Made by a program: the position numbers and the translations under genes. The notes beneath the pieces were generated by a model that saw nothing but the letters and a program-made list of their open reading frames with translations, was not told where the DNA came from and made no database searches. Source: Hyphomicrobiaceae bacterium (GTDB lineage: Bacteria; Pseudomonadota; Alphaproteobacteria; Rhizobiales; Hyphomicrobiaceae). Taken from it: 64,000 nt of DNA. Below are positions 46,595 to 55,800 of the stretch, piece after piece (the first letter of the stretch is position 1; every line of letters starts with the position of its first letter). Location: positions 19,669 to 83,668 of the forward strand of contig JANLQJ010000405.1 of NCBI GenBank assembly GCA_031367715.1, written 5' to 3'.

Positions 46595-48706
46595 TCAGCC
46601 GACCACGCGCAGCGAGGCGGCGGCGGCAAGACTGTGTGGCAGCGGCCTTGCCACGTATGCGGGCACATCGGGCTGCGCCACCGGCACCCCGTAGAGATAG
46701 CCCTGCACCAGGTCGCAGCGCATCGCCTTGAGCACCGCAGCCTGGGCTTCGGTCTCGACGCCCTCGGCCGTGACGCGCAGATCGAGCGCGCGGCCGAGTG
46801 CGATGATGGTACGGATGATGTCGGTGACGTTATTGCCCTTGCCGATGGCACGCACGAATGACTGATCGATCTTGATCTTGTCGAAGCGGAACTGCCACAG
46901 GTAGCTGAGGCTGGAATAGCCGGTACCGAAATCGTCCAGCACGATCGCGACGCCGAGCTTTTTCAGGCCCTCCATGGTGCGCCGCGTGGTTTCGGTGTCG
47001 CTGAGCAGCACGCCCTCGGTCACTTCGATTTCCAGCCGTTCAGCGCTGAGACCGCTCTTGGCCAGCGCGGTCGCGACCCGCTCGACCACATTGCCTTCGC
47101 GGAACTCGGCCGGCGAGATGTTGACCGCCACGGTCAGATCGTCCGGCCACAGCGCGGCCTGCGCGCAGGCAGTCTCGAGCACATAGGCACCGATCTTGGT
47201 AATCAGACCGAGTTCTTCTGCTGCCGGAATGAATTCTGACGGCGGCACCATGCTGCCGTCGGACTGCGGCAGGCGTACCAGCGATTCAAAGCCCGACAGC
47301 AGGCCGGTGGCCAGACTGTAGACGGGCTGGAAATTCAGTTGGAAGCCGCCGTTTTCGCAGGCCACGCGCACTTGGCTGGCGATGGCGCGGCGGCGCTGCG
47401 ACTGCAGGTCCATGGCGCCTTCGTAGAACTTAAAGGCACCGCGTCCGTTTGCCTTGACCGCCTGCAGCGCGAGATTGGCATTGCGGATCAAGGTCTCCGG
47501 CTCGGTGCCGTCCTCGGGGCTGAGCGCAACGCCAATACTCGGGCCGATGCGGGTCGGCTGGTCGCAGACCAGGAAGGGACGGGCAAAGCTCCTCAACAGC
47601 CGTTGCGCCAGATCGCCGACGCTGGCGCGGTCCTTGGTATCTTCCTGCACGATGATGAACTCATCGCCGCCAGCGCGCGCGACAAACTCGCCCGTCCGCA
47701 AGGTGCCGCTCAGCCGGTTGGCGACGTCCCGGAGCAGTTGATCGCCGGCCTCGTGGCCCAGCGCACCATTGATGTCCTTGAAGTGATCGAGGTCCATGGA
47801 GAGGACGGCAACTCCTGGCAGAGGTCCCGACTCCGCCGGCAGCAGGCTCTCCAGCCGCCGCATCAGGCTGGCGCGGTTGGCAAGCGCCGTCAGCGCATCG
47901 TACTGAGAAAGGAAATCGAGTTTGTGCTCCGCCTGCTCTTTTTGCCGGGTTCGCAGCCAGAACCCGATCCCCGGCAGCCCGAACGCCACGACCAGAATGA
48001 GGCCGAAGGAGATACTCGCGCTGCTGAGAATGCGATAGAGCGCATTATAGTTCGACGTGGTGTCGATCAGCACCTCATAGGCACCGGTGAACACGCCGCG
48101 CCGCGTAATCGGCACGATGGCTCGGCTGACTTGGATCGCTTGGCTGCCTGAGGTTGCAGGCTGGCTTTGCACGATCACCGCGCCCTGGCGCAGCATGCCC
48201 ATGAGCTGCGCCAGCTCGTTGTTGTTGAACTGGTCGGGCCGCAGCGGCCCCACGCCCGCGGATTTGTAGACCTCGGCGCCATTGGCATCGACAATGCAAA
48301 TGGTGAAAATCCGGCCATCGCCATGGGCGCGCTGCAGCAGCAGCGCCGAACTGGCACTAGGGGCGCGCCCGGCCAGGATCGCCGGCAGATCGTCAAGATT
48401 GGCGGTCAGGAAATTTGCCGTTGCGCGGGCGGTCGATTCGGCTTCGGCGGTTAGGATCTGGCGCCAGGCGCTGCTCATGATGCCAAAGCCGCTGGCAACC
48501 AAGGTGAAGAACAGTAGCCCGGTCAGCGCATAGGCGAGCTTGCCTTTGAAACCGACGCGCGCCAGACCACGGATCACTCTGCGCCCGAGTTCGGAGCCTG
48601 CGCGCCTTGCCAGCGCGGCGTGCCGCAGCCCTCTGGCGCACGCGCCGGATAACCTGCCGACCATTCGGGCAAGAAAGGAAGCCGCCTGCACGCTGAACCC
48701 GCTCAT
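46595..48706 (-). CDS. Membrane sensor GGDEF-EAL protein (c-di-GMP turnover)
   Basis: RAGGDEFIIV (GGDEF), FESLVRL (an ESL variant of the EAL motif) and DDFGTGYSSL. Two TM segments in the N-terminal region. Confidence 0.85.
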   Translation of the reverse strand: MSGFSVQAASFLARMVGRLSGACARGLRHAALARRAGSELGRRVIRGLARVGFKGKLAYALTGLLFFTLVASGFGIMSSAWRQILTAEAESTARATANFLTANLDDLPAILAGRAPSASSALLLQRAHGDGRIFTICIVDANGAEVYKSAGVGPLRPDQFNNNELAQLMGMLRQGAVIVQSQPATSGSQAIQVSRAIVPITRRGVFTGAYEVLIDTTSNYNALYRILSSASISFGLILVVAFGLPGIGFWLRTRQKEQAEHKLDFLSQYDALTALANRASLMRRLESLLPAESGPLPGVAVLSMDLDHFKDINGALGHEAGDQLLRDVANRLSGTLRTGEFVARAGGDEFIIVQEDTKDRASVGDLAQRLLRSFARPFLVCDQPTRIGPSIGVALSPEDGTEPETLIRNANLALQAVKANGRGAFKFYEGAMDLQSQRRRAIASQVRVACENGGFQLNFQPVYSLATGLLSGFESLVRLPQSDGSMVPPSEFIPAAEELGLITKIGAYVLETACAQAALWPDDLTVAVNISPAEFREGNVVERVATALAKSGLSAERLEIEVTEGVLLSDTETTRRTMEGLKKLGVAIVLDDFGTGYSSLSYLWQFRFDKIKIDQSFVRAIGKGNNVTDIIRTIIALGRALDLRVTAEGVETEAQAAVLKAMRCDLVQGYLYGVPVAQPDVPAYVARPLPHSLAAAASLRVVG

Positions 48707-48762
48707 GGCCTGAGTGTCGCATCGGAATCCCACCTGGAATTCCAAACACACTGTATCTACCG

Positions 48763-50244
48763 TTGTCTAAAGCTATGTTAACGCTGAGTGTTACGGCGCC
48801 GCGGGGTGCCGCCGATAACTCTGCGACCGGCATGCCCTGGCTAGACCAGTTGATCGCGGCTACAAGGCCTCATCGCCAGCAGCGCGCCCTTTCCGCGGCA
48901 TTGAGTCGTTCGACCTTGGCCCCAGTTCCCGATCCCGTGCCCGACACCGCCGCCCTGCCGAATCACGTCGATACCGTGGTCATCGGCGGCGGCATCATCG
49001 GTGCGGCTACCGCCTATTTCCTGGCCGAGCGCGGCATGTCCGTGGCGCTGTGCGAAAAACACGAGATTGCCTGCGAGCAGTCAAGCCGCAACTGGGGCTG
49101 GTGCCGACAGATGGGCCGCGACCCGCGCGAGTTGCCCTTGATCGTCGAAAGCCTGAAGCTGTGGCGCAGCCTGGATGCGCGGCTTGGCGAGCCGACCGGC
49201 TTCACGCCGTCCGGCATTCTCTATCTGTGCGAAACCGAAGCCGAGCTGGCGGCCAAGGCGGCCTTTCTCGAGCATGCCAGATTGCATCAGCTCGATACTC
49301 GGATGGTCTCGGGGGCCGAGGCCGAGCGGTTGCAGCCCGGTTGCACCCGCACTTGGGCTGGCGGCCTTTATACGCCCAGCGACGGCCGCGCCGAGCCGCA
49401 GAAAGCCGCGCCCGCGTTTGCTCGCGCGGCCCGGCGACGCGGCGCCAGCATACATCTCAATTGCGCCGTGCGCGGCCTCGAGACCAGCGCGGGCAGGCTG
49501 TCCGCGGTCGTCACCGAACGCGGCACCATACGCTGCAATAGCGCCGTGCTGGCCGGTGGCGCCTGGTCGCGATTGTTCTGTGGACCAATCGGGATCGCGC
49601 TGCCACAACTCGGTGTTGTCAACTCGGTGATGCGCACCCAGCCACTCGATGCCGGCGTCGAACGCTCGATGGCGGGCGGCAAGTTTGCCGTCCGCAAGCG
49701 CCAGGATGGCGGCTACACCGTCGCGCACCGGCATCTCAGTGTCGCCGACCTTGTCCCGGATAGTTTCCGCTTGTTTTTCAAGTTCCTGCCGGCGCTGCGC
49801 ATGGATTGGCGCGGCCTGCGGCTACGTCTGGGCCGCCGCTTCCTCGAAGATATGAGTCTGGCCCGCCACTGGCAGCTCGATCAGGTCAGCCCGTTCGAGA
49901 TGGTGCGCGTGCTCGATCCGTTGCCGGTAACCTCGATCCTGCGCCAGGCCTTCGAGGGCCTGGGCAGCTATTTCCCACGCTTTCGCGAGGCCCGCATCAG
50001 CGAGAGTTGGGCCGGACTGATCGACGCCACGCCCGATGCCGTACCGGTCATCGACGAGGTCTCGAAACTGCCGGGCTTTTTCCTGGCCACCGGGTTCTCT
50101 GGCCACGGCTTTGGCATCGGTCCCGGAGCCGGCCGTCTGATGGCCGATCTGGTCAGCGGCAACCGGCCAATCGTCGATCCGCGCCCGTTCCGCTATTCGC
50201 GCTTCATCGATGGCAGCCATCTGGTTCCGATCACCGGGATTTAG
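48763..50244 (+). CDS. FAD-dependent oxidoreductase (DAO family)
   Basis: VVIGGGIIGAATAYFLAERG dinucleotide fold and a C-terminal GFSGHGFGIGPG. Alternative start at 48832. Confidence 0.8.
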   Translation: MSKAMLTLSVTAPRGAADNSATGMPWLDQLIAATRPHRQQRALSAALSRSTLAPVPDPVPDTAALPNHVDTVVIGGGIIGAATAYFLAERGMSVALCEKHEIACEQSSRNWGWCRQMGRDPRELPLIVESLKLWRSLDARLGEPTGFTPSGILYLCETEAELAAKAAFLEHARLHQLDTRMVSGAEAERLQPGCTRTWAGGLYTPSDGRAEPQKAAPAFARAARRRGASIHLNCAVRGLETSAGRLSAVVTERGTIRCNSAVLAGGAWSRLFCGPIGIALPQLGVVNSVMRTQPLDAGVERSMAGGKFAVRKRQDGGYTVAHRHLSVADLVPDSFRLFFKFLPALRMDWRGLRLRLGRRFLEDMSLARHWQLDQVSPFEMVRVLDPLPVTSILRQAFEGLGSYFPRFREARISESWAGLIDATPDAVPVIDEVSKLPGFFLATGFSGHGFGIGPGAGRLMADLVSGNRPIVDPRPFRYSRFIDGSHLVPITGI

Positions 50245-50351
50245 CGGAAGTCAGCAAAAATTTGCCAAGTCCAAGCCGCAATGTTGCCTTAGCCGTTCGG
50301 TGATGGCCACAGTTCTGCTCGAAAACACCTATAAACTCTATTTGTGTATCG

Positions 50352-50843
50352 ATGAAGCAAGACCGGCCGACCGCCGGCGTAACTGACAGGGTCGACGTCA
50401 TGGGTATGGTCATGCGCGCAATCGAATCGAGCTTCGGGTTTGCCCAGCAGGCCCTGCAGCAGTCGTCCGCGCCGCAACGGCCTGAACTGCGCGACAAACC
50501 AGCCTTTCAGTTCTGGTCGGGCGTGTCCGGCCGCCGCTATGTCCACACCATTTTCGATCTGATCGGCTGCCCGCGCGTGCCAGCTTGCACCTATGTTCTG
50601 GTGCGTTGCGATGCTCAGGGCAGGCGCTCGCCACTCCGCATAGGTACTGTCTCGGCCGAGGCCTGGTCGTTGAATCTGGCTGAAATTCGCCATCGAGCCG
50701 CCCAGCTGGGCGCCAACGAGGTGCACGGGCACCTGATCGCCAGCGACGCCGAGACCCGCAACAAAGTAACCTCGGATCTGCAAGCCGGCCTGTTCGCCGA
50801 GTTCAACGCAGAACCGGCGGCGGCACCGGTCAATCTCTGCTAG
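50352..50843 (+). CDS. Conserved hypothetical protein (163 aa)
   Basis: Coding-like composition with no antisense competitor. No motif recognised. Confidence 0.5.
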   Translation: MKQDRPTAGVTDRVDVMGMVMRAIESSFGFAQQALQQSSAPQRPELRDKPAFQFWSGVSGRRYVHTIFDLIGCPRVPACTYVLVRCDAQGRRSPLRIGTVSAEAWSLNLAEIRHRAAQLGANEVHGHLIASDAETRNKVTSDLQAGLFAEFNAEPAAAPVNLC

Positions 50844-50874
50844 GGTTGTGATTCATTCAATTGCCGCCGGTCAG

Positions 50875-50941
50875 TCAATCGGTGCCCAGCAGTGCCATCC
50901 TCGGGCTTGTCCCGAGGATGGCACTGCTGGGCATCGATTGA
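50875..50941. repeat. 67-bp near-perfect palindrome (31-bp arms)
   Basis: TCAATCGGTGCCCAGCAGTGCCATCCTCGGG, a CTTGT loop, then CCCGAGGATGGCACTGCTGGGCATCGATTGA, with one mismatch. Lies between two convergent genes. Confidence 0.85.
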
Positions 50942-51137
50942 ATAAATCACGCCACTAGCGACTGACGGACGCACTGGCGCGCGGCCCGGATAACGCGTCT
51001 TTCGCAGCTTGCAATATCGCTCACCAACGCACAAAGGGCGTCCGCTCAGGGACGCCCTTTTGCCTTTTTGCGATCTGCCGGGCCTGGATCGGCCCCGGCA
51101 GAGTTGCCCAAAGATCGGACGCTGCAAGAAGCAGCAC

Positions 51138-51695
51138 TTATTCGTCTTGGCTGGAGCACAAGATAAAGCCGGCATCCGCGACACCGGTGGAGTCCACCAC
51201 GACAACCGGAGCTCCCGAGCCGCCGGCCAGCGGATCGTCGGTGTTGCCACCCTGGGTTGAAGATCCGGCAGCCGAGCCCTGGCCGACATTGGCGCCATCG
51301 CCGCTGTCGTCCGCGATCGGGATCACGTCTGCCGAGGCATCGATCAGGTCGGTTGCCAGCGGGCGAATGATATTGACGGTATAGACGGCCCCATCGACGG
51401 GCATCCAGCCGCAGGTCTGGTGACCGGGGTTGGGCAGCGAAGTCCGGCAGGCGACGTTCTTGGCGTCGTCGACGATCTGCATCGCTACGTCCTGCTTATC
51501 GGCATCGAGCGTGAAGTGAGCTCGCATCGAGCTGTCGAGATTGAACGTGAACTTCTCTGTCGCGCCGACCGCGATCGTGCCGTTGCTGCAAACAGGTTCG
51601 GCATAAGCCACTTGCGGAACCAGGCCCGCCGTGGAGCTGATGAATACAATCCCTGCAAGGATCCTAGTGCTGGCGCGGTACATTGCCATCTCCAT
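51138..51695 (-). CDS. Secreted hypothetical protein
   Basis: Signal peptide MEMAMYRASTRILAGIVFISSTAGLVPQVAYA. Gly/Ser/Asp-rich C-terminus. Confidence 0.6.
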   Translation of the reverse strand: MEMAMYRASTRILAGIVFISSTAGLVPQVAYAEPVCSNGTIAVGATEKFTFNLDSSMRAHFTLDADKQDVAMQIVDDAKNVACRTSLPNPGHQTCGWMPVDGAVYTVNIIRPLATDLIDASADVIPIADDSGDGANVGQGSAAGSSTQGGNTDDPLAGGSGAPVVVVDSTGVADAGFILCSSQDE

Positions 51696-51998
51696 TGAAT
51701 TTCGCCTCTGAACAGAGAATACAACGGCAGGCGCCAAAGAACTGTTGTTGGAATACTTAGAATTTTATCCGACTGGAGAATTATCGCAGTTTTGCCTTTT
51801 GTTTGCGGCAGACACAGAGCCGTGAGTTGGGTTAGCGCGCCATCCGTTTCGCTTGTGTTGGCGGAGCCAATTGGCGCGTATCCCAACATGCATGCCGCCA
51901 GCTCAAAGACCATCAGCCGGCCCGCAAAAAGCAGTGGGCGGAGAAGCACTTTGCCCCTCCGCCCACTGATCGCTTTGTGCCGTTCAAACCAGGTCGGG

Positions 51999-53810
51999 CT
52001 ACTCAGTCATACGGGTATTTTGATTGCCTGTTCCAGTCGAAGAAGCCAGCTTGATGGCGATGTCCGTGAAGACGGAAATCAAACCGTTCTGCGTGTTGAC
52101 CGCACTTGTCACATCGTAGTAATGCGTGGCGATTTGTGCGTTGGCCGGCGATGCGCAGCTTTGCAGTGCCGTCTTGGACGCCGCATCCGAGCCCAGTTCC
52201 AGACCAACCGTGAACACCTGGACCCCAGAGGCCTTCATGTTGGTGCAGATGGCGGCAGCCTGAGCCTTGGACGTGCCGTTGCCGGCGGTCGAGTTGTTGC
52301 TGCTGTCCTCGAACACGCTGGCATAGTTGTTGTCATAGTGCGTGTTGTAGGCGCCGTCGGTCATGACAATCACAACCTTGGAGACGAGGTCGGCGTTGGT
52401 CGGTGCGGGCCGGTTGGCAACCGGGAAGAAGCTCGCCCACTTGTCCGAGATCGTGTACCAGCCCCAGGCCGTGCCGATATGACCTGCCGTGTAGCCTGCT
52501 GGCGTCAGGGCATCGATGGCCGCATTCAGCGCGACCTTGTCCGACGTCAGTGGCGTGAAGGCTGCCGCTGGTGCCGTGCAGTTCGCATTCGACGCGCTGG
52601 TGGTCGTGAAGGCATGGAACAGCGCGGTTGACGGCGCTGCGTCATCATAGGCGTGGCCAGAGGCGGTCAGACGCTCAGCCATGCAGCTGTTGACGTAGGT
52701 GGTCTGCTGGCAGGTGGACTGCACCAGCTGGGTGACGCAGACTTGGTGAGTACCGGCGCTGGTGCCAGTAGGCCGAGTGTGGCCGTTACGGTCCTTGCGA
52801 TCCCGACCGTAGCCGTCGCGGTCCCAGCCATTCTGGTTGTAGCCGTCTTTATCGTAGCCATCCTTGTCGTCGTCATGCTTGTCGAAGCCGTGGATGTCAA
52901 AGCCGTCCCGGTCGTAGCCAGCATTGTTGTAGCCGCTCGCATTGTAGTTATGCGAGTCATTGTCATCATCATCATCGTCGTGGTTGTTCGATCCGCCGCT
53001 GGATCGATAGCCCCAATCGGTGCTGCCACCCTGGCCCGAGCCGTTGTGGCCGTCATCACCGCCGTTGCCCCAGCCGTTGTTGCCGTGCGAACCGCCACGA
53101 CTGCCGTGGCCATTGCCCGCATTGCTGACCGTCGAGCACACTTTGTCGAGCTTCTGGCAGGCAACCGTGCTGGTGGCACCGTTGACCACGCCCGTGGCCG
53201 CCGAAGCATAACTGCCGGCGTTGACGTATTCCGAGAACGGCACGACGCTGATGCGCACTTTGCCGACCGGAACACCCGCCGGCAGCAATGTGTTGATAAG
53301 CTGCTTGGCAGCGGTTTTTGCCGTGACGAGCTTGGAGTTCTGAGCCATCGAGCCGGTGACATCCATCACTATGGCAATTTCCAGCTTCTTGCTGCCGCTA
53401 CCGGTGACATCGGAGGCAAACGAATGCACCTCTCGCTTGATTTCAAGTGATGGGATGCCGACGGCACCCAGGAACATGGTCGGGATGTTCGTGCGGGCCG
53501 ACAGTGTGATGTTGCCCTTGGCATCGGCCTTGACGCTATCGAGCGAGGCATGAATGCTCTTGGGCAGAACGTGATAGAAATAGTCACGCGCAGTCTTAGT
53601 GGCGTCTCCCATTTGGCCGGTGGCGTCGAACTTGCGGCCGCCTGCCAGCGCGGCGGCATCGAGAGCCTTGTCGATCGCCGCTTTGGTTGCAAAACCGCGG
53701 CCGAAGTCCACGGTCATGCCGACGAACGATACGGTCGCCAGGAGCGAGAACATGAACACCATTTGAATGGTGCCCTTCTCGTCCTTGGCAAAGCTGATGC
53801 GGCCACTCAT
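51999..53810 (-). CDS. TadG-like pilus-assembly/vWA-domain protein with a low-complexity insert
   Basis: Start trimmed to ATG 53810. TadE/TadG-like N-terminus EKGTIQMVFMFSLLATVSFVGMTVDFGR. vWA MIDAS motif IAIVMDVTGSM. C-terminal VFTVGL. Confidence 0.75.
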   Translation of the reverse strand: MSGRISFAKDEKGTIQMVFMFSLLATVSFVGMTVDFGRGFATKAAIDKALDAAALAGGRKFDATGQMGDATKTARDYFYHVLPKSIHASLDSVKADAKGNITLSARTNIPTMFLGAVGIPSLEIKREVHSFASDVTGSGSKKLEIAIVMDVTGSMAQNSKLVTAKTAAKQLINTLLPAGVPVGKVRISVVPFSEYVNAGSYASAATGVVNGATSTVACQKLDKVCSTVSNAGNGHGSRGGSHGNNGWGNGGDDGHNGSGQGGSTDWGYRSSGGSNNHDDDDDDNDSHNYNASGYNNAGYDRDGFDIHGFDKHDDDKDGYDKDGYNQNGWDRDGYGRDRKDRNGHTRPTGTSAGTHQVCVTQLVQSTCQQTTYVNSCMAERLTASGHAYDDAAPSTALFHAFTTTSASNANCTAPAAAFTPLTSDKVALNAAIDALTPAGYTAGHIGTAWGWYTISDKWASFFPVANRPAPTNADLVSKVVIVMTDGAYNTHYDNNYASVFEDSSNNSTAGNGTSKAQAAAICTNMKASGVQVFTVGLELGSDAASKTALQSCASPANAQIATHYYDVTSAVNTQNGLISVFTDIAIKLASSTGTGNQNTRMTE

Positions 53811-54193
53811 GGCCTTCAGAGTGCTGTCGTCACTAATACGCGTTGCAGTGCGCTTCCAGCTATCACGCACAATACGCCCCATGCCGCAAAACATTTTTTG
53901 CCTCCACTATTGCGATTGGGGCCAATCTGACTGGTGCGAGTTGACAAACCTGAATGATGGTCGATGCAATTTTAGACATTCCAATTCTTATGGTCTCTTG
54001 ATGTAAAATCGTCCTTTATGAAGTCTTACAGAGGTCATTCAGCTTGTAGCCATTGGCGGAAATCCGCCTTTTTCGACACCGCTGTGTCGCGGGTCCGGCG
54101 CTGCTCTGGTGATTTGCCATGGCCCCGCTGCGCCGCTATAGACGAGCCAGATCCACCCCAGACTTTCGCCCTATGAGCCGCCAGAGGTTGCCA

Positions 54194-55591
54194 ATGACCG
54201 CCGCCGAATACAAAGTTGCCGACATCGCCCAGGCCGACTATGGCCGCAAGGAAATCGCCATCGCCGAGACCGAAATGCCGGGCTTGATGGCGATGCGCGC
54301 GGAATACGGCAAGGAGCAGCCATTGAAGGGCGCCCGCATTGCCGGCAGCCTGCATATGACCATACAGACCGCGGTGCTGATCGAGACCTTGAAGGCACTC
54401 GGCGCCGATGTGCGCTGGGCCTCGTGCAACATCTTTTCGACCCAGGACCATGCGGCGGCGGCGATTGCGGCAGGCGGAACGCCGGTTTTCGCGGTCAAGG
54501 GAGAAAGCCTCGCGGAATACTGGGACTATTCCGATCGGATTTTCCACTTTGGCGGCGGCGAGACCGCCAACATGATCCTGGACGACGGCGGTGATGCCAC
54601 GGGATATATCCTGCTTGGCGCCAAGGCCGAGAAGGACATTTCCGTGCTCGCCAAGCCGGCCAATGACGAAGAAGTGGCGTTCTACGCCACCATCAAGCGG
54701 CGCATGAAGGAGAGCCCAGGCTGGTTCGCCAAGGCCAAGGCTGCGATCAAGGGTGTGTCGGAGGAAACCACAACCGGCGTGAACCGGCTGTATCAAATGC
54801 ACGCCAAGGGCGAGCTGCCGTTCCCGGCCATCAACGTCAATGACTCAGTCACCAAGTCCAAATTCGACAACCTCTATGGCTGCCGCGAAAGCTTGGTCGA
54901 CGCCATCCGCCGCGCCACCGACGTGATGCTGGCCGGCAAAGTCGCCGTGGTGGCCGGCTTTGGCGATGTCGGCAAGGGCTCGGCGGCCAGTCTGAAGCAC
55001 GGCGGCGCGCGCGTACTGGTGACCGAAGTTGACCCGATCTGCGCCCTGCAGGCCGCCATGGAAGGCTATGAAGTTGTGACCATGGAGGATGCGGCCCCGC
55101 GCGCCGACATCTTCGTGACGGCGACCGGCAACAAGGACATCATCACGCTCGAGCATATGCGCGCGATGAAGGATCGCGCGATCGTCTGCAATATCGGCCA
55201 TTTCGACGCCGAAGTTCAGGTGCAGGCGTTGCGCAACTACAAGTGGCACAACGTGAAGCCGGGGGTGGATGAGATTGAGTTTCCAAACGGTCGCCGCCTG
55301 TTGCTGCTGGCCGAGGGCCGCCTGGTCAACCTGGCCTGCGCCACCGGCCATCCCAGCTTCGTCATGTCGGCGTCGTTCACCAACCAGACGCTGGCGCAGA
55401 TCGAACTTTGGAAGCACGGCAAGAAGTACGAGAACAAGGTCTATACCTTGCCCAAGCATCTCGACGAGAAGGTTGCTGCACTTCATCTTGCCAAGCTCGG
55501 CGTCAAGCTGACCAAACTGAGCAAAGAGCAAGCCGACTATATCAACGTCCCCACCCAGGGACCGTTCAAGCCGGACCACTATCGGTATTGA
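54194..55591 (+). CDS. ahcY: Adenosylhomocysteinase
   Basis: Start trimmed to ATG 54194 (AGAGG upstream). [38 protein letters not shown]-terminal KPDHYRY. Confidence 0.95.
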   Translation: MTAAEYKVADIAQADYGRKEIAIAETEMPGLMAMRAEYGKEQPLKGARIAGSLHMTIQTAVLIETLKALGADVRWASCNIFSTQDHAAAAIAAGGTPVFAVKGESLAEYWDYSDRIFHFGGGETANMILDDGGDATGYILLGAKAEKDISVLAKPANDEEVAFYATIKRRMKESPGWFAKAKAAIKGVSEETTTGVNRLYQMHAKGELPFPAINVNDSVTKSKFDNLYGCRESLVDAIRRATDVMLAGKVAVVAGFGDVGKGSAASLKHGGARVLVTEVDPICALQAAMEGYEVVTMEDAAPRADIFVTATGNKDIITLEHMRAMKDRAIVCNIGHFDAEVQVQALRNYKWHNVKPGVDEIEFPNGRRLLLLAEGRLVNLACATGHPSFVMSASFTNQTLAQIELWKHGKKYENKVYTLPKHLDEKVAALHLAKLGVKLTKLSKEQADYINVPTQGPFKPDHYRY

Positions 55592-55638
55592 TGACAGGGC
55601 AAGCGGGCGGATTCCAACAAGATTGCGCTGCCACCAAG

Positions 55639-55679
55639 CCCATAGCGTAGATCCTATGGGGCGACGCACGTGTCGCCCC
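55639..55679 (+). terminator. Tandem GC-rich hairpins after ahcY (possible terminator, no U-tract)
   Basis: CCCATAG...CTATGGG followed by GGGGCGAC-GCACGT-GTCGCCCC. Confidence 0.3.
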
Positions 55680-55800
55680 CTAAGCCACCAGCGCTTGTTC
55701 CGGTAATAAGTGCCTGACACCTCGTCGCGTTCTCCCCCATACTGGCGACTCTGATTCGCCGGCAGCGGTTGCAGGCACGACTCGAGCGCACAGGCCCGAC

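Noticed and set aside
52779-53123. Repetitive DNA in the TadG-like gene as a possible CRISPR or VNTR locus
   Set aside because: There are no regular repeat-spacer units. The periodicity is at the codon level inside a continuous ORF. No CRISPR array was found anywhere in the window.
54030-54193. Possible SAH riboswitch in the ahcY leader
   Set aside because: I could not find the conserved AGGAGCGCUGC and CAGGCUCGG blocks as I recall them. Only a loose GGCGCTGC match is present. cmscan with RF01057 would settle it.
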